A stretch of 64,000 nucleotides of DNA from a virus. The translations under genes were made by a program, and so were the position numbers. Position 1 is the stretch's first letter. Every line of letters starts with the position of its first letter. Under the pieces are notes generated by a model that worked only from the letters and a program-made list of their open reading frames with translations, did not search any database and was not told the origin of the DNA. Below are positions 51,933 to 61,681 of this stretch, piece after piece. Location of the stretch: positions 1 to 64,000 of the IMG/VR virus record IMGVR_UViG_3300035698_014170; one strand, 5' to 3'.

Positions 51933-53390
51933 ATGGTAGATTATCCAATTCCAGTTGATGGCGAAACAACTGAATGGGGAGATGATTTAAACAATCATCT
52001 AGCTGTAAATATTAATCCTGCAAATGGAAAAATAGAAAATCTTCAATATGTTAAAGACCCCTGGCATGATGTGCGAGCGTATGGTGCAATAGGAGATGGC
52101 ATTACGGATGATGCTACAGCAATAAAAGCGGCCATAGCTGCTGCCGTTACTGATGGAGGTGGTATTGTATTTTTTCCAGTAGGTACATATATTGTCAAAT
52201 CTACGATTGACTTAAATTCAGATATTCATCTCGTTGGTGCAGGTAGAGATTCACTTATAAAGGCACACTCCGATTTAGCTGGATTTGTTTTTCAGTGTGT
52301 TGGTACTAATGCGGCAAAGAAATATAATATGTCAGTTGAAAGGCTACTGATTGATGGAGACGACCAAACGAATGTAACTGGCGGAATACTGTTAGAATAC
52401 ACTGTTCGTTCTATTATTAGAGATGTAAAAGTAGTAAATATGGACAATGTTGCTGCAATAGGAATTAGTCTTGTTGGGGAAACGTGGAATAACATATTCG
52501 AAAGTTGTAATGTACAGCTTGGTAGTTCTGCTGCAACTGGACCAGTAGGAGATACTGGATTTAAGGTTGTTGGTGGTAATCATACTAATATTACATGGAT
52601 AAATTGCATGGCTCATTTATGTAATATTGGATTCGGCGTTGCAGACCAAGTTTCATATTCCGGAAATTTTATTTGGGACAATTGTACCGCAAATTGTGTT
52701 GCAAATTCAACACGAACTAATACTGGTATAGCCGGATTTAAGATAGGAAACTCATTAAACGGATGGGAAATTAGGTCTCCTCATATTGAATGGTGGGATG
52801 ATGCTGGTGAGTACGGAATTATAATTGATGGAACTGCTCGTTCTGGAATCATACAGACTCCAAGTTTGTATGCGTGTGACACTGGTATTTATCTTAATGA
52901 TTGCTCTGAAATATTTGTCAATCTTCCTAATTACAACGGGGCTACAAATGGATATAAAGCTATGGATATAACAGCTACTGCTAAACAAATTAGACTTGGT
53001 GGATTTACAAAATATACAACACCTGTAGACGAAGCAAGCACTTATGCTACTGGTGCAACAATTATATTTGATGATAGTGCATATTTAGATGTTGTAACTT
53101 TTCCTGTATCTGACGCAACACCAGATATAGGGATAGGTAATTTTTTCCAGACTGCTGATACAACGACAATTACAGATTTTGATAATGGTTGGGAAGGAAA
53201 AGTAATTACCGTCCTTTGTAAACATAGCTTGACGTTTGATTTTACTACGGCCCAAGACGTAAACCATAATCTTAATGGCAGTTCGGCGGATATAACTGCC
53301 GACGCTGGCGATATATTGAAGTTTTTATGTGAAGACGGGTTGACGTGGCATTTAATATCTAATTTAGACGCAAGTGTAGATAATAACTAA
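51933..53390 (+). CDS. Tailspike-like pectate lyase 3 beta-helix protein
   Basis: DVRAYGAIGDGITDDATAIKAAI..GGIVFFPVGTY. Confidence 0.85.
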   Translation: MVDYPIPVDGETTEWGDDLNNHLAVNINPANGKIENLQYVKDPWHDVRAYGAIGDGITDDATAIKAAIAAAVTDGGGIVFFPVGTYIVKSTIDLNSDIHLVGAGRDSLIKAHSDLAGFVFQCVGTNAAKKYNMSVERLLIDGDDQTNVTGGILLEYTVRSIIRDVKVVNMDNVAAIGISLVGETWNNIFESCNVQLGSSAATGPVGDTGFKVVGGNHTNITWINCMAHLCNIGFGVADQVSYSGNFIWDNCTANCVANSTRTNTGIAGFKIGNSLNGWEIRSPHIEWWDDAGEYGIIIDGTARSGIIQTPSLYACDTGIYLNDCSEIFVNLPNYNGATNGYKAMDITATAKQIRLGGFTKYTTPVDEASTYATGATIIFDDSAYLDVVTFPVSDATPDIGIGNFFQTADTTTITDFDNGWEGKVITVLCKHSLTFDFTTAQDVNHNLNGSSADITADAGDILKFLCEDGLTWHLISNLDASVDNN

Positions 53391-53412
53391 ACGGAAATAA
53401 TGGAGCGTAAAT

Positions 53413-53542
53413 ATGTCTGATATGGTAATTTATATTCCGGTTCACGGATATATTTGCTGAAATTATACAAAGTTGGTCGACATCCGATTATTGTCTTGAT
53501 TTCAACTCGGACGGAATAGTTAATTTTATGGACTATGTATAG
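53413..53542 (+). pseudogene. Tiny dockerin/EF-hand-like peptide gene, frame broken near 53448-53455
   Basis: GGAG RBS + ATG; second frame encodes CLDFNSDGIVNFMDYV. Confidence 0.45.
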
Positions 53543-53612
53543 GTGGTACAATGAAAAACAATTATTTACTTATAACAGACATTAAAAAATTAGATAAATT
53601 TAGGAAATTATT

Positions 53613-54452
53613 ATGAGCACAGAATTAACAAATCAAACAGTAACTCTTCTTTATCTAACTCCGGCAGATAGCCATAGAGTAAATTTGAGATTTCAAGATA
53701 TTAGACAAGTCGGAATATACTCTGGAATGTATTTAACAAATCCGTCTGCTTCTAATGTATCGATATCTGCTGGCGTATGTGAAATATCTAATGGGGCTTA
53801 TCAAGTTCGTGTCAAAACAACTTCAGAAACTTCAGGAATAGTCGGAACATCGGATCAATATATAGTTCTGCAATGGGATTATTCTGGAAACGAAGACGAC
53901 GATGTTTTAATTGCTGATTGTGTAGTTACTCCAGGCGATAACGATATTGTTGTAGGTAAAATAGTAGACACGGCCGGATCATTTTCTTTTGATTACGGAG
54001 ATACTGCTCATCCACGTACTCAACCAAACACAATGGATTTATTCTTAAAAGTAGAAGCTCCAGATTCGTCAGATCTTGTTAGTAGTCCAATGAAACCTAG
54101 AGTAAGAGCTGGAAGAATTCAAGCATCCTCTGAAACAATAGATATTGCAGACGGTCAAACAATTTCTGCGTTCTCTAAAGTTGCTGGAATAACGTATGGA
54201 TTAGTATATGTAGACGATTCTGGAACTCTGCAGATTGTTAATAACACTGTACATACTACTATTCCAGATTACGACGGAAAACGTGTATTAGCCGAAATAA
54301 CTCTTCCAGATAATACTTCTGTAATTACTTCAGATATGATTAAAGATGTTCGAAATTTTGTGTCGAATAGAACAGGATACGTATTAGAGGTTAGAGACAG
54401 TGATCCTATAGGCGGCGATTTATTTACTGGTAGAATTTGGATGATTGTGTAA
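53613..54452 (+). CDS. Tail fibre/baseplate-associated protein
   Basis: VSISAG, LAEITLP..ITSDMIKDVR, DP..GRIW motifs. Confidence 0.65.
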   Translation: MSTELTNQTVTLLYLTPADSHRVNLRFQDIRQVGIYSGMYLTNPSASNVSISAGVCEISNGAYQVRVKTTSETSGIVGTSDQYIVLQWDYSGNEDDDVLIADCVVTPGDNDIVVGKIVDTAGSFSFDYGDTAHPRTQPNTMDLFLKVEAPDSSDLVSSPMKPRVRAGRIQASSETIDIADGQTISAFSKVAGITYGLVYVDDSGTLQIVNNTVHTTIPDYDGKRVLAEITLPDNTSVITSDMIKDVRNFVSNRTGYVLEVRDSDPIGGDLFTGRIWMIV

Positions 54453-54453
54453 A

Positions 54454-55239
54454 ATGGCAAATATAAATAGTTTGATAACTAGTTTTACAGGTTATGATTA
54501 TAATACTTACGATCGGTCTCAGCGGTATGAATCTAATGCCAATTGGTTTGGCGACGGTAGTGGAAATGGGTATAATGCACCTAGTGTACTTAAACTTACA
54601 GACGGACATACTCCTTTAGGAATAGGTACTACAAAATCTTCCATAGTAACAAGTCCTCGGAGTACTGAAAATTTTTGTTGGGCATGGGGAAATGGAAACG
54701 AATTTCGAATTAATGAATATTTTGAGTCTAATACATTCGAATATCCTGCGGTTTTAGATAATGTGGAGATACAATACTCGGCATTCGGAGTAGTAAATAG
54801 AATGAGTTTAGAGTTTTCTGCTTTTGATAGCAAAACCGAAACTTGGACTGATTTGGCAAAATTGAATATAGTAGATCCCAACACTTGGACAGCCCAACCT
54901 ATCGTATCTAGTACGTTAACACTACAAGCAACGAATGTAACAAAAGTTAGAATCTTTGTAGCAATAACGGGAAGAAGTAATGCAGGACCGCGTGCTATTT
55001 TTGATTTGGTAAACTTTAATGGGGCAATCATTGAAAATAGTAAAATAAGAGTATGTGACGGCGTAGAAAAATATAATTGGGCACAGCATCCTATGGGAGC
55101 AGATACTAGTTGTTTAAAATACTACGACGGAGATAATATCAGACACTTATATTTAGTGGATATAGGCGATGAAAGAGCAACACCTATAGTTGTAGAAACC
55201 TCTGAAGGTTTAAAGGCAATTGCTAGAGGACTTAATTAA
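54454..55239 (+). CDS. Putative tail fibre/carbohydrate-binding protein
   Basis: Beta-rich; synteny with tail fibre genes. Confidence 0.5.
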   Translation: MANINSLITSFTGYDYNTYDRSQRYESNANWFGDGSGNGYNAPSVLKLTDGHTPLGIGTTKSSIVTSPRSTENFCWAWGNGNEFRINEYFESNTFEYPAVLDNVEIQYSAFGVVNRMSLEFSAFDSKTETWTDLAKLNIVDPNTWTAQPIVSSTLTLQATNVTKVRIFVAITGRSNAGPRAIFDLVNFNGAIIENSKIRVCDGVEKYNWAQHPMGADTSCLKYYDGDNIRHLYLVDIGDERATPIVVETSEGLKAIARGLN

Positions 55240-55269
55240 ATTTACAATATTTTATAGAATCGGCGTAAT

Positions 55270-56253
55270 ATGGGATATACAACAAAACATAGTAGATTAA
55301 ATAAAAGAGCAAAGCGAGTAATTCGATCAAATCGCGGAACTTCTATAAATAACATACTTTCTGCTAATTCTTGGAAAGATCGACGTTGTTATATAATAGC
55401 TGGCGGTCCTTCTTTAAAAGATTTTGATTTTAGTAATATGAAAGACGAATTAACTATCGGAATCAATAAAGCTTTTACTAAGTATCCGTGTACTATTAAT
55501 TACAGCATGGATCCTAAGTTCTATAAATACATCTCCGATCCTGGAATATCTGATTCGACTAGAGCTGAAATACATCGTCAATGGTTAGCTTATAAAGGTA
55601 TTAAAGTATTTGTAGACAACAATTCTAAAAATGTATTATTTGATCCTTCTATATATTTAGTAAAAAAATTACATAAACCTACTGTTAGTTTCGATGTTGT
55701 AAAAGGAATATACAAAGGTACAAATAGTGGTGTCGGTGCTTTAATGTTAGCAATTGCATTAGGTGCTAATCCTATATATCTCGTAGGAGTAGATTTAAAA
55801 GTAGACGTTGCAGATAGAGCTACTCATTGGCATAGAGGATATCCCAAACAAAAAATAACTGACTTTGAACGCAATTTACTTAAATTTAAAGCAGACTTCG
55901 AATTGATCGCCCCAATTATCAAAGCAGCCGGAATAAAAGTGATTAATTTAAATTCTGATTCTGCGTTAGAATGTTTTCCTAAACAGGTTGTCGAAAATAC
56001 TAGAAAAGTAGACACAGTTAGAGCTATTAATAAACGAACTGCTCTTTTAAAATCTGTAAATTATGATATACTGAAGTTAAGTAAGGAAATAATAACTTCG
56101 CCTAGTTTGATTGAAAAGAAAATCGAATTTGAAAAGAAAGAAAAAGAATTTATTTGTCCTATATGTAATAAATCTTTTACGACAGACTTAGGTTTAAAAA
56201 TACACATAGGTCGAGTACACTCTGACGACATTGGAAATGGGAAAGAAAAGTAA
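55270..56253 (+). CDS. Maf/DUF115 (MptE-like) putative glycosyltransferase 1 with C-terminal C2H2 zinc finger
   Basis: IIAGGPSL, TIGINK, NSGVGAL.LA..LG..IYLVGVDL, THWH.GY; CPIC..F..GLKIHIGRVH. Confidence 0.7.
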   Translation: MGYTTKHSRLNKRAKRVIRSNRGTSINNILSANSWKDRRCYIIAGGPSLKDFDFSNMKDELTIGINKAFTKYPCTINYSMDPKFYKYISDPGISDSTRAEIHRQWLAYKGIKVFVDNNSKNVLFDPSIYLVKKLHKPTVSFDVVKGIYKGTNSGVGALMLAIALGANPIYLVGVDLKVDVADRATHWHRGYPKQKITDFERNLLKFKADFELIAPIIKAAGIKVINLNSDSALECFPKQVVENTRKVDTVRAINKRTALLKSVNYDILKLSKEIITSPSLIEKKIEFEKKEKEFICPICNKSFTTDLGLKIHIGRVHSDDIGNGKEK

Positions 56254-56914
56254 GTACATTTCAGAAATCTTTGCGTCCGATTATTTAAAAAATAAAAGAT
56301 GTTTTTTATTAGCAGGCGGACCTTCACTTAAAGATTTTGACTATTCACTTCTTCAAAATGAATTCACAATCGGAATCAATAAGACTTTTATGACTTATTC
56401 TCCTACCATCAATTATTCTATGGACTTAAAATTCTATAATTATATCTCACAACCTGGGATAACACAAGAACAAAGAAAAGCACATAATAAATGGAACGGT
56501 TATGAAGGGATTAAAGTTCTTTTAAAACCGCTTAGAGATGAACCACTTGCAGAAGATATTTATTTAGTTCAAAATTTAAAAAAGAGATCTTTATGTTTAG
56601 ATATAAAGCAAGGGATTTACTCTGCTAAAAACTCTGGCTTTGGTGCTTTAATGCTAGCAATAGCATTAGGATGTAAAGAAATTTATTTATTAGGTTATGA
56701 CTTAAAACTTGATAATCGAACCACTCATTGGCATAAAGGTTATCCAAAACAAGAACCAGAAGTATATGAAAAGACTTTAAAGAAATTTATTAAGAGTTTT
56801 GAAGAATTCACAGATGTTATAAAAGATAACGGGATTAAGGTAGTTAATTTAAACGGATTTTCGGCTTTAAGTTGTTTTGAAAAGAAAGATATACGTTCAA
56901 TTTTAAAGGTGTGA
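56237..56914 (+). CDS. Maf/DUF115-like putative glycosyltransferase 2
   Basis: Same motifs as upstream paralog. Confidence 0.7.
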   Translation: MGKKSKYISEIFASDYLKNKRCFLLAGGPSLKDFDYSLLQNEFTIGINKTFMTYSPTINYSMDLKFYNYISQPGITQEQRKAHNKWNGYEGIKVLLKPLRDEPLAEDIYLVQNLKKRSLCLDIKQGIYSAKNSGFGALMLAIALGCKEIYLLGYDLKLDNRTTHWHKGYPKQEPEVYEKTLKKFIKSFEEFTDVIKDNGIKVVNLNGFSALSCFEKKDIRSILKV

Positions 56915-56920
56915 TTATTT

Positions 56921-56994
56921 GGGGCTATAATTATACCCGTTACTGATTTAAACCCAGTACAAGGAGTGTTAGACCTCTTAAACAAACACTTAAA
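56921..56994 (+). repeat. Dispersed element, copy 6 (intergenic)
   Basis: GGGGCTATAATTATACCCGTTA...GTTAGACCTCTTAAACAAACACTTAAAGGA. Confidence 0.9.
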
Positions 56995-57003
56995 GGATGT
57001 TAC

Positions 57004-57654
57004 ATGGAAAAAAAAGAAATGTATATAGTAGCAGGCGGACCTTCTTTAAAAAACTTTGATTTTAATCGTTTAAAAAATCGTACCACTATCGTTGTCAATA
57101 AATCTATATTCGATGTCCCTAATTCAAATTATTTTATAACAACCGATTATACGTTTTTAAAAAAAATTAAAAAACAAAAAGATCAATTCGATTCAATTGA
57201 GTGTACGAAAATATTTATAGCAGATCTTCATTATCCTTACATCAAAGAAAAAAACGGACGAATTACTGATACAAGAAGTAAATTAGTATACGAATTGCAA
57301 GACTTTGACGTTGTAATCAAATCTAAAAAAGTAGAGGGGATTGGTTATAGGTACAACGAATTTCGAACCGGATTAAATTCTGGATACAGTGCATTACAAT
57401 TAGCTGTACTATTAGGATATGAAAAAATATACTTATTAGGCGTAGATTTAACTAAACAAAACATTACTCATTATCATGGAGGATATGGTGAACCGGCAAA
57501 GAAATTTAATGCCAAGATAAATACTTATTTAAACTATTTTAAAAAAGGTTTAGAACAAATTAAACGCGATAAAATAACAGAAGTATTTTCTTGTAGTCCG
57601 AATAGTGCGTTGAACAGCACAATCGATTATGTAAATATCAATACGTTAGTATAG
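57004..57654 (+). CDS. Maf/DUF115-like putative glycosyltransferase 3
   Basis: IVAGGPSL, NSGYSALQLA..LG..IYLLGVDL, THYHGGY. Confidence 0.7.
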   Translation: MEKKEMYIVAGGPSLKNFDFNRLKNRTTIVVNKSIFDVPNSNYFITTDYTFLKKIKKQKDQFDSIECTKIFIADLHYPYIKEKNGRITDTRSKLVYELQDFDVVIKSKKVEGIGYRYNEFRTGLNSGYSALQLAVLLGYEKIYLLGVDLTKQNITHYHGGYGEPAKKFNAKINTYLNYFKKGLEQIKRDKITEVFSCSPNSALNSTIDYVNINTLV

Positions 57655-57663
57655 GAAAAGCAT

Positions 57664-58611
57664 ATGAATATAAGTGAAAATACAAGTAAAATAGAGATAG
57701 CTAAAAAAGGATATTGTGAAGGTAAATATATTGTAGGCATGGGAAGAGCTCATAAATGCTGTAATCCGCATAGTAAAATTTTCAATTGTACAATGTACGG
57801 TACTTTCAATGTAAAATTGAAGTCTGGAAATATTAAAGATTTTAAGCCTTGTATTACAAATAATGTAAAATCATATTGGTTTGTAAAACTTATACAACAT
57901 AAACAAGTTTGGCAAGGGTGGGCAATTCGAGATCATAAGAGTAAACAGGCTACAAATGTGTTAGAATTGTTATCAAAAGAGAAGTTTCCAAATTGTTTAA
58001 AAGAAGAAACATTTGGCGTAGTCATCTTAGAAAAATGGGAAGACACTCAAATTAAAGAGTGGGCTAAAGATCAATATTGGTTTCAAGGTTTTCCTTTTGC
58101 CGCTGAAATAAGATCAGATAGTGAACATGTTTGGAATACCATAAATAGAACAAACACAGTACGTCCAATTGATTGGGCGAATAAAACTGTTTTAGATATA
58201 GGTGCACATACAGGTTATTTTTCTTTTAAAGCAAGTGAATTAGGCGCAAATGTTACTGCGATGGAACCTAATAAAAGTAGTTTAAGTATGGGTACGACGA
58301 TTCAAGAAAATATAATTCAACAAGATGTTAAATTTGTTAAAACTGTTCCTGAAGACAGATTCGATAATATTTTATATCTTAGTGTGCATCATCAAATTGA
58401 TCCGAATTATGCGTCTTTAGAACAAAAAATAAAAGACTTGAAAGCAAAAACAAAATTAAATCTATTTGTTGAATTGATAATGCCCCCGATGTTCCCTAAA
58501 AATAAATCATTGTCCGAAGAACAAATTGATAAAATTGTTGGCGGAAAAGTTTTAAACCGTTATAAGCATAACGTTCGCGGAATAAGAAAAATTTATTGGA
58601 TTAAGAAATAA
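57664..58611 (+). CDS. Class I SAM methyltransferase with N-terminal extra domain
   Basis: VLDIGAHTGYFS, LYLSVHH. Confidence 0.75.
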   Translation: MNISENTSKIEIAKKGYCEGKYIVGMGRAHKCCNPHSKIFNCTMYGTFNVKLKSGNIKDFKPCITNNVKSYWFVKLIQHKQVWQGWAIRDHKSKQATNVLELLSKEKFPNCLKEETFGVVILEKWEDTQIKEWAKDQYWFQGFPFAAEIRSDSEHVWNTINRTNTVRPIDWANKTVLDIGAHTGYFSFKASELGANVTAMEPNKSSLSMGTTIQENIIQQDVKFVKTVPEDRFDNILYLSVHHQIDPNYASLEQKIKDLKAKTKLNLFVELIMPPMFPKNKSLSEEQIDKIVGGKVLNRYKHNVRGIRKIYWIKK

Positions 58612-59444
58612 TGTACAAAATCATTTTACCTGCTAGTGGACCAAAACCTACGTATTATGCTGCGTATGTTGGATATATCAAAAAGATACTTGAATATAAT
58701 AATATTTCTTACAAATTAGAAGGAGTAGTTAATCAAGGTACAGTTATTTATCCTACAGCTACAAAATTTTTAATGATAATAAATGGTAAAAAAATAGTTG
58801 TAGATTATTCTGATAACTTAGACTGGATGCTTAATTGGAACGAATTTGACGCGTATTTTAAGTTTCATTATTCAAAAAAATACCATCAAAGTTATAAAAC
58901 GATGTACCCATTTTCGCCCATTAGTTTTTATAATTGGAAGCAGTATTTTAAGCTAGAAAAAGAAATAAAATATACTTGTAATACAGGTTTAATTCTTAAC
59001 AAACAAACTCCTGGTGGCAATGCGCTAGAACGAAGAAAAGAAGTGCAAAAATTATTAAAAGATAAGTATGGAGAATCTGTAGATTTATTTGGTAAAACTC
59101 CTCAAATAGATTTTTGGAATATTATAAATAATTGTTTGATTCAAATTTTTGTACCTGGATGTCGAAATGATATGATGGATCGAGGACAACTGCAATGTAT
59201 GGCCTACGGATGCTGCACTATTTCTCCTAAAATAGTAGACGAACTTCCAGGAAAAGAATTTTTACAGATGGTACATTATATCCCTTGTGCTAGCGATTAT
59301 TCAGATCTTGTTGAAAAAATTGAATGGTGTAAAACTAATAGAGAAAAATGTATTGAAATAGGAAAAAATGCAAAACAATTGTTTTTAGAAACATCAACAC
59401 CTGAGAAATTATGGCAATACATATTGGAAAAGGTTAAAATATGA
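58611..59444 (+). CDS. GT-B glycosyltransferase (Glyco_trans_1_2-like)
   Basis: HYIPC..DYSDLVEKIEWC..IGKNAKQ. Confidence 0.7.
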   Translation: MYKIILPASGPKPTYYAAYVGYIKKILEYNNISYKLEGVVNQGTVIYPTATKFLMIINGKKIVVDYSDNLDWMLNWNEFDAYFKFHYSKKYHQSYKTMYPFSPISFYNWKQYFKLEKEIKYTCNTGLILNKQTPGGNALERRKEVQKLLKDKYGESVDLFGKTPQIDFWNIINNCLIQIFVPGCRNDMMDRGQLQCMAYGCCTISPKIVDELPGKEFLQMVHYIPCASDYSDLVEKIEWCKTNREKCIEIGKNAKQLFLETSTPEKLWQYILEKVKI

Positions 59445-60232
59445 AAACACCATTACTTTCTATTGTAATGCCGTATTATAATAGAGCAGATCAACTTCTT
59501 TTAACATTAAAAACAATTGAATGCTCTTCCAAAGCAAACGATATTGAAATTATTATTTTAGACGACGGAAGTGATAAAGAACATAGGTCAGAAAAAGTTG
59601 CTGAAAAATCTTCTTTAAATATAAAGAATTTTTATTACTTAAAAAAACAGAAAACTTGGAAAAATCCTTGCTACCTATTTAATGAAGGCTTTAAAAAAGC
59701 TTCTGGAGATATTATAGTCATTCAGAATCCAGAATGTTTTCATGTAGGAGATGTTATTAAATATGCTATTGAAAATACAAACAATAATTATTTGACGTTT
59801 TCTTGTAAAAATATTAAAGAGAATAACAGTGCTAAGCTTCTTAAAATATTTGGTACATCAGAATACACTACTTACATAAATAAAATAAAAGCTGTTACAA
59901 GTTCTTGGTATAATCATCCTAAATTTAACCCAACAAAATATCATTTTACTTCTTCTATTTCTAGAAAAAATTTAAAGGAATTAGGAGGGTTTGATTTAAG
60001 ATACAAAGACGGCCATTCCTTTGACGACGACGAATTTCTTACAAGAATAAAAAGATCTCCGATTAATATAGTCGACGCTCCTTCTGAAGTATGTTTTTCA
60101 GTGCATCAATGGCATTCTTGTACAAGACCTTTAAATGGAAACAAGGATGAGGGGTGGAAACGAAATTACCAACTTTTTGAAAATGTTACTAAAAAAGAAC
60201 AGGATTGGAAAGCAAATGAATCAACAAAATAA
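59441..60232 (+). CDS. GT2 family glycosyltransferase
   Basis: SIVMPYYNR, IIILDDGS, GGFD.RY..DDDEF, HQWH. Confidence 0.9.
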   Translation: MKTPLLSIVMPYYNRADQLLLTLKTIECSSKANDIEIIILDDGSDKEHRSEKVAEKSSLNIKNFYYLKKQKTWKNPCYLFNEGFKKASGDIIVIQNPECFHVGDVIKYAIENTNNNYLTFSCKNIKENNSAKLLKIFGTSEYTTYINKIKAVTSSWYNHPKFNPTKYHFTSSISRKNLKELGGFDLRYKDGHSFDDDEFLTRIKRSPINIVDAPSEVCFSVHQWHSCTRPLNGNKDEGWKRNYQLFENVTKKEQDWKANESTK

Positions 60233-60842
60233 TATACAGGAATGGTGGAAACACAATCACAATGTCAATTCATCTAGTTTGTTATCAGGATCGGTAGGAA
60301 ATGTAATATGGAAGAGACACGAAATAGATCATAAACTTGTGAAAGGATTGAAAGTTTTAAACATAGGCGTAGGTACAGGTGCTTGTACACACGAATTAAG
60401 TGAAAGAGGCATTGATGTTAGTGTTTTAGATATTTGTGAAAACGCTTTTAATAAAATAACTGAGGTTGTAGAAAAATGTTATTTAAGCAGTAAATTGCAG
60501 AATCTTCCCGTTAATTATTTTGATTTTGCTATATCTCATCTTGTTTCTCAACATGTTTCTGACGAAGAGCTTACACAACAGTTTATTCATGTGCTGAAAA
60601 GTTTAAAGTCAAAAGGTATTTTTTCAATACAATATGCTGATATACTTGAAAGAACAAAGGATGACGAAGAGTATAGATCCAGTAAGCAAGTATTGAAATG
60701 TCAAAAATATGGAGGTGTTATTAGGTCAGTAAAACATATGCATCAAATTGTTAGTACTTGTGATGGAAAAATTGTTAGTGAACCGCCTCCAAGAAAACTC
60801 AATTCAGCAATATGGCGTTATATTCATATAAGGAGAATGTAA
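60216..60842 (+). CDS. Class I SAM methyltransferase
   Basis: VLNIGVGTG, LDI, FDFAISHLVSQH, LKSKG. Confidence 0.8.
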   Translation: MNQQNNIQEWWKHNHNVNSSSLLSGSVGNVIWKRHEIDHKLVKGLKVLNIGVGTGACTHELSERGIDVSVLDICENAFNKITEVVEKCYLSSKLQNLPVNYFDFAISHLVSQHVSDEELTQQFIHVLKSLKSKGIFSIQYADILERTKDDEEYRSSKQVLKCQKYGGVIRSVKHMHQIVSTCDGKIVSEPPPRKLNSAIWRYIHIRRM

Positions 60843-61681
60843 TGATACCTAAAAAAATATTTTTCTTTTGGGGAGGCGAGGGACTATCTTGGATGAGATA
60901 CATGAGTTTGTTTTCTTTCAAAAAACTTAATCCAGATTGGGAAGTAACCCTTTGTATTTCGACAAACAGTTTAGTCTGTTCAAAAAATTGGTCCACTAAA
61001 GAAATTCAAGATTATCATACTTTAGATAGGAATAAAAATAATTACTTATATAAACTACAACAACACGATATAAAGATACTTAATATAAATAGTAGTCTAA
61101 ATCATTTAAAAGATGTTAATCCTATTCATCAAAGCGATATTTTTAGATGGAAACGTCTTTCAGAAGAAGGAGGATTATATGCAGATACGGACATTTTGTT
61201 TGTAAAACCTATCAAAGAATACTATCATAAAATTCAAACAACTGATATAATTATTTGTTATCAGAATACTTATCATTCAATCGGATTCTTAGGTTGTTCT
61301 AAGGATAATTCTTTCTTTTCTTATGTATATAACGATTCTTTAACAAGATTAAATAATCCTAAGTATACTTCAAATTATCAATCTTTTGGAAGTCATCTTT
61401 TAAAAACATGTGGCAGCTATGCTAGGATAAAAATAAATTATTCAAACCATAAACTTTACAATAATCCTATGGAGATTGTTTATCCTTTTCTATGGAAAGA
61501 AACAAATAAAATTTTTGAAGAATGCAATACAAATCTTCCAGAAAAATGCCTAGGAATACATTGGTTCGGAGGAGCTCCAGATTCTCATAGGATGAATATG
61601 CTGTTAAATCATGAAAATTATAAAGATTTTAATAATACATTTACCTATTTTGCTAAACAATTAGAGGAAATAAATGAGTAA
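60842..61681 (+). CDS. DxD glycosyltransferase (GT32/OCH1-like)
   Basis: MIPKKIFFFW, SDIFRW..L..GGLYADTD, GIHWFGG. Confidence 0.88.
   Translation: MIPKKIFFFWGGEGLSWMRYMSLFSFKKLNPDWEVTLCISTNSLVCSKNWSTKEIQDYHTLDRNKNNYLYKLQQHDIKILNINSSLNHLKDVNPIHQSDIFRWKRLSEEGGLYADTDILFVKPIKEYYHKIQTTDIIICYQNTYHSIGFLGCSKDNSFFSYVYNDSLTRLNNPKYTSNYQSFGSHLLKTCGSYARIKINYSNHKLYNNPMEIVYPFLWKETNKIFEECNTNLPEKCLGIHWFGGAPDSHRMNMLLNHENYKDFNNTFTYFAKQLEEINE

Noticed and set aside
509-60996. Minus-strand and nested ORFs in the track
   Set aside because: Antisense shadows of well-supported + strand genes, no recognisable motifs
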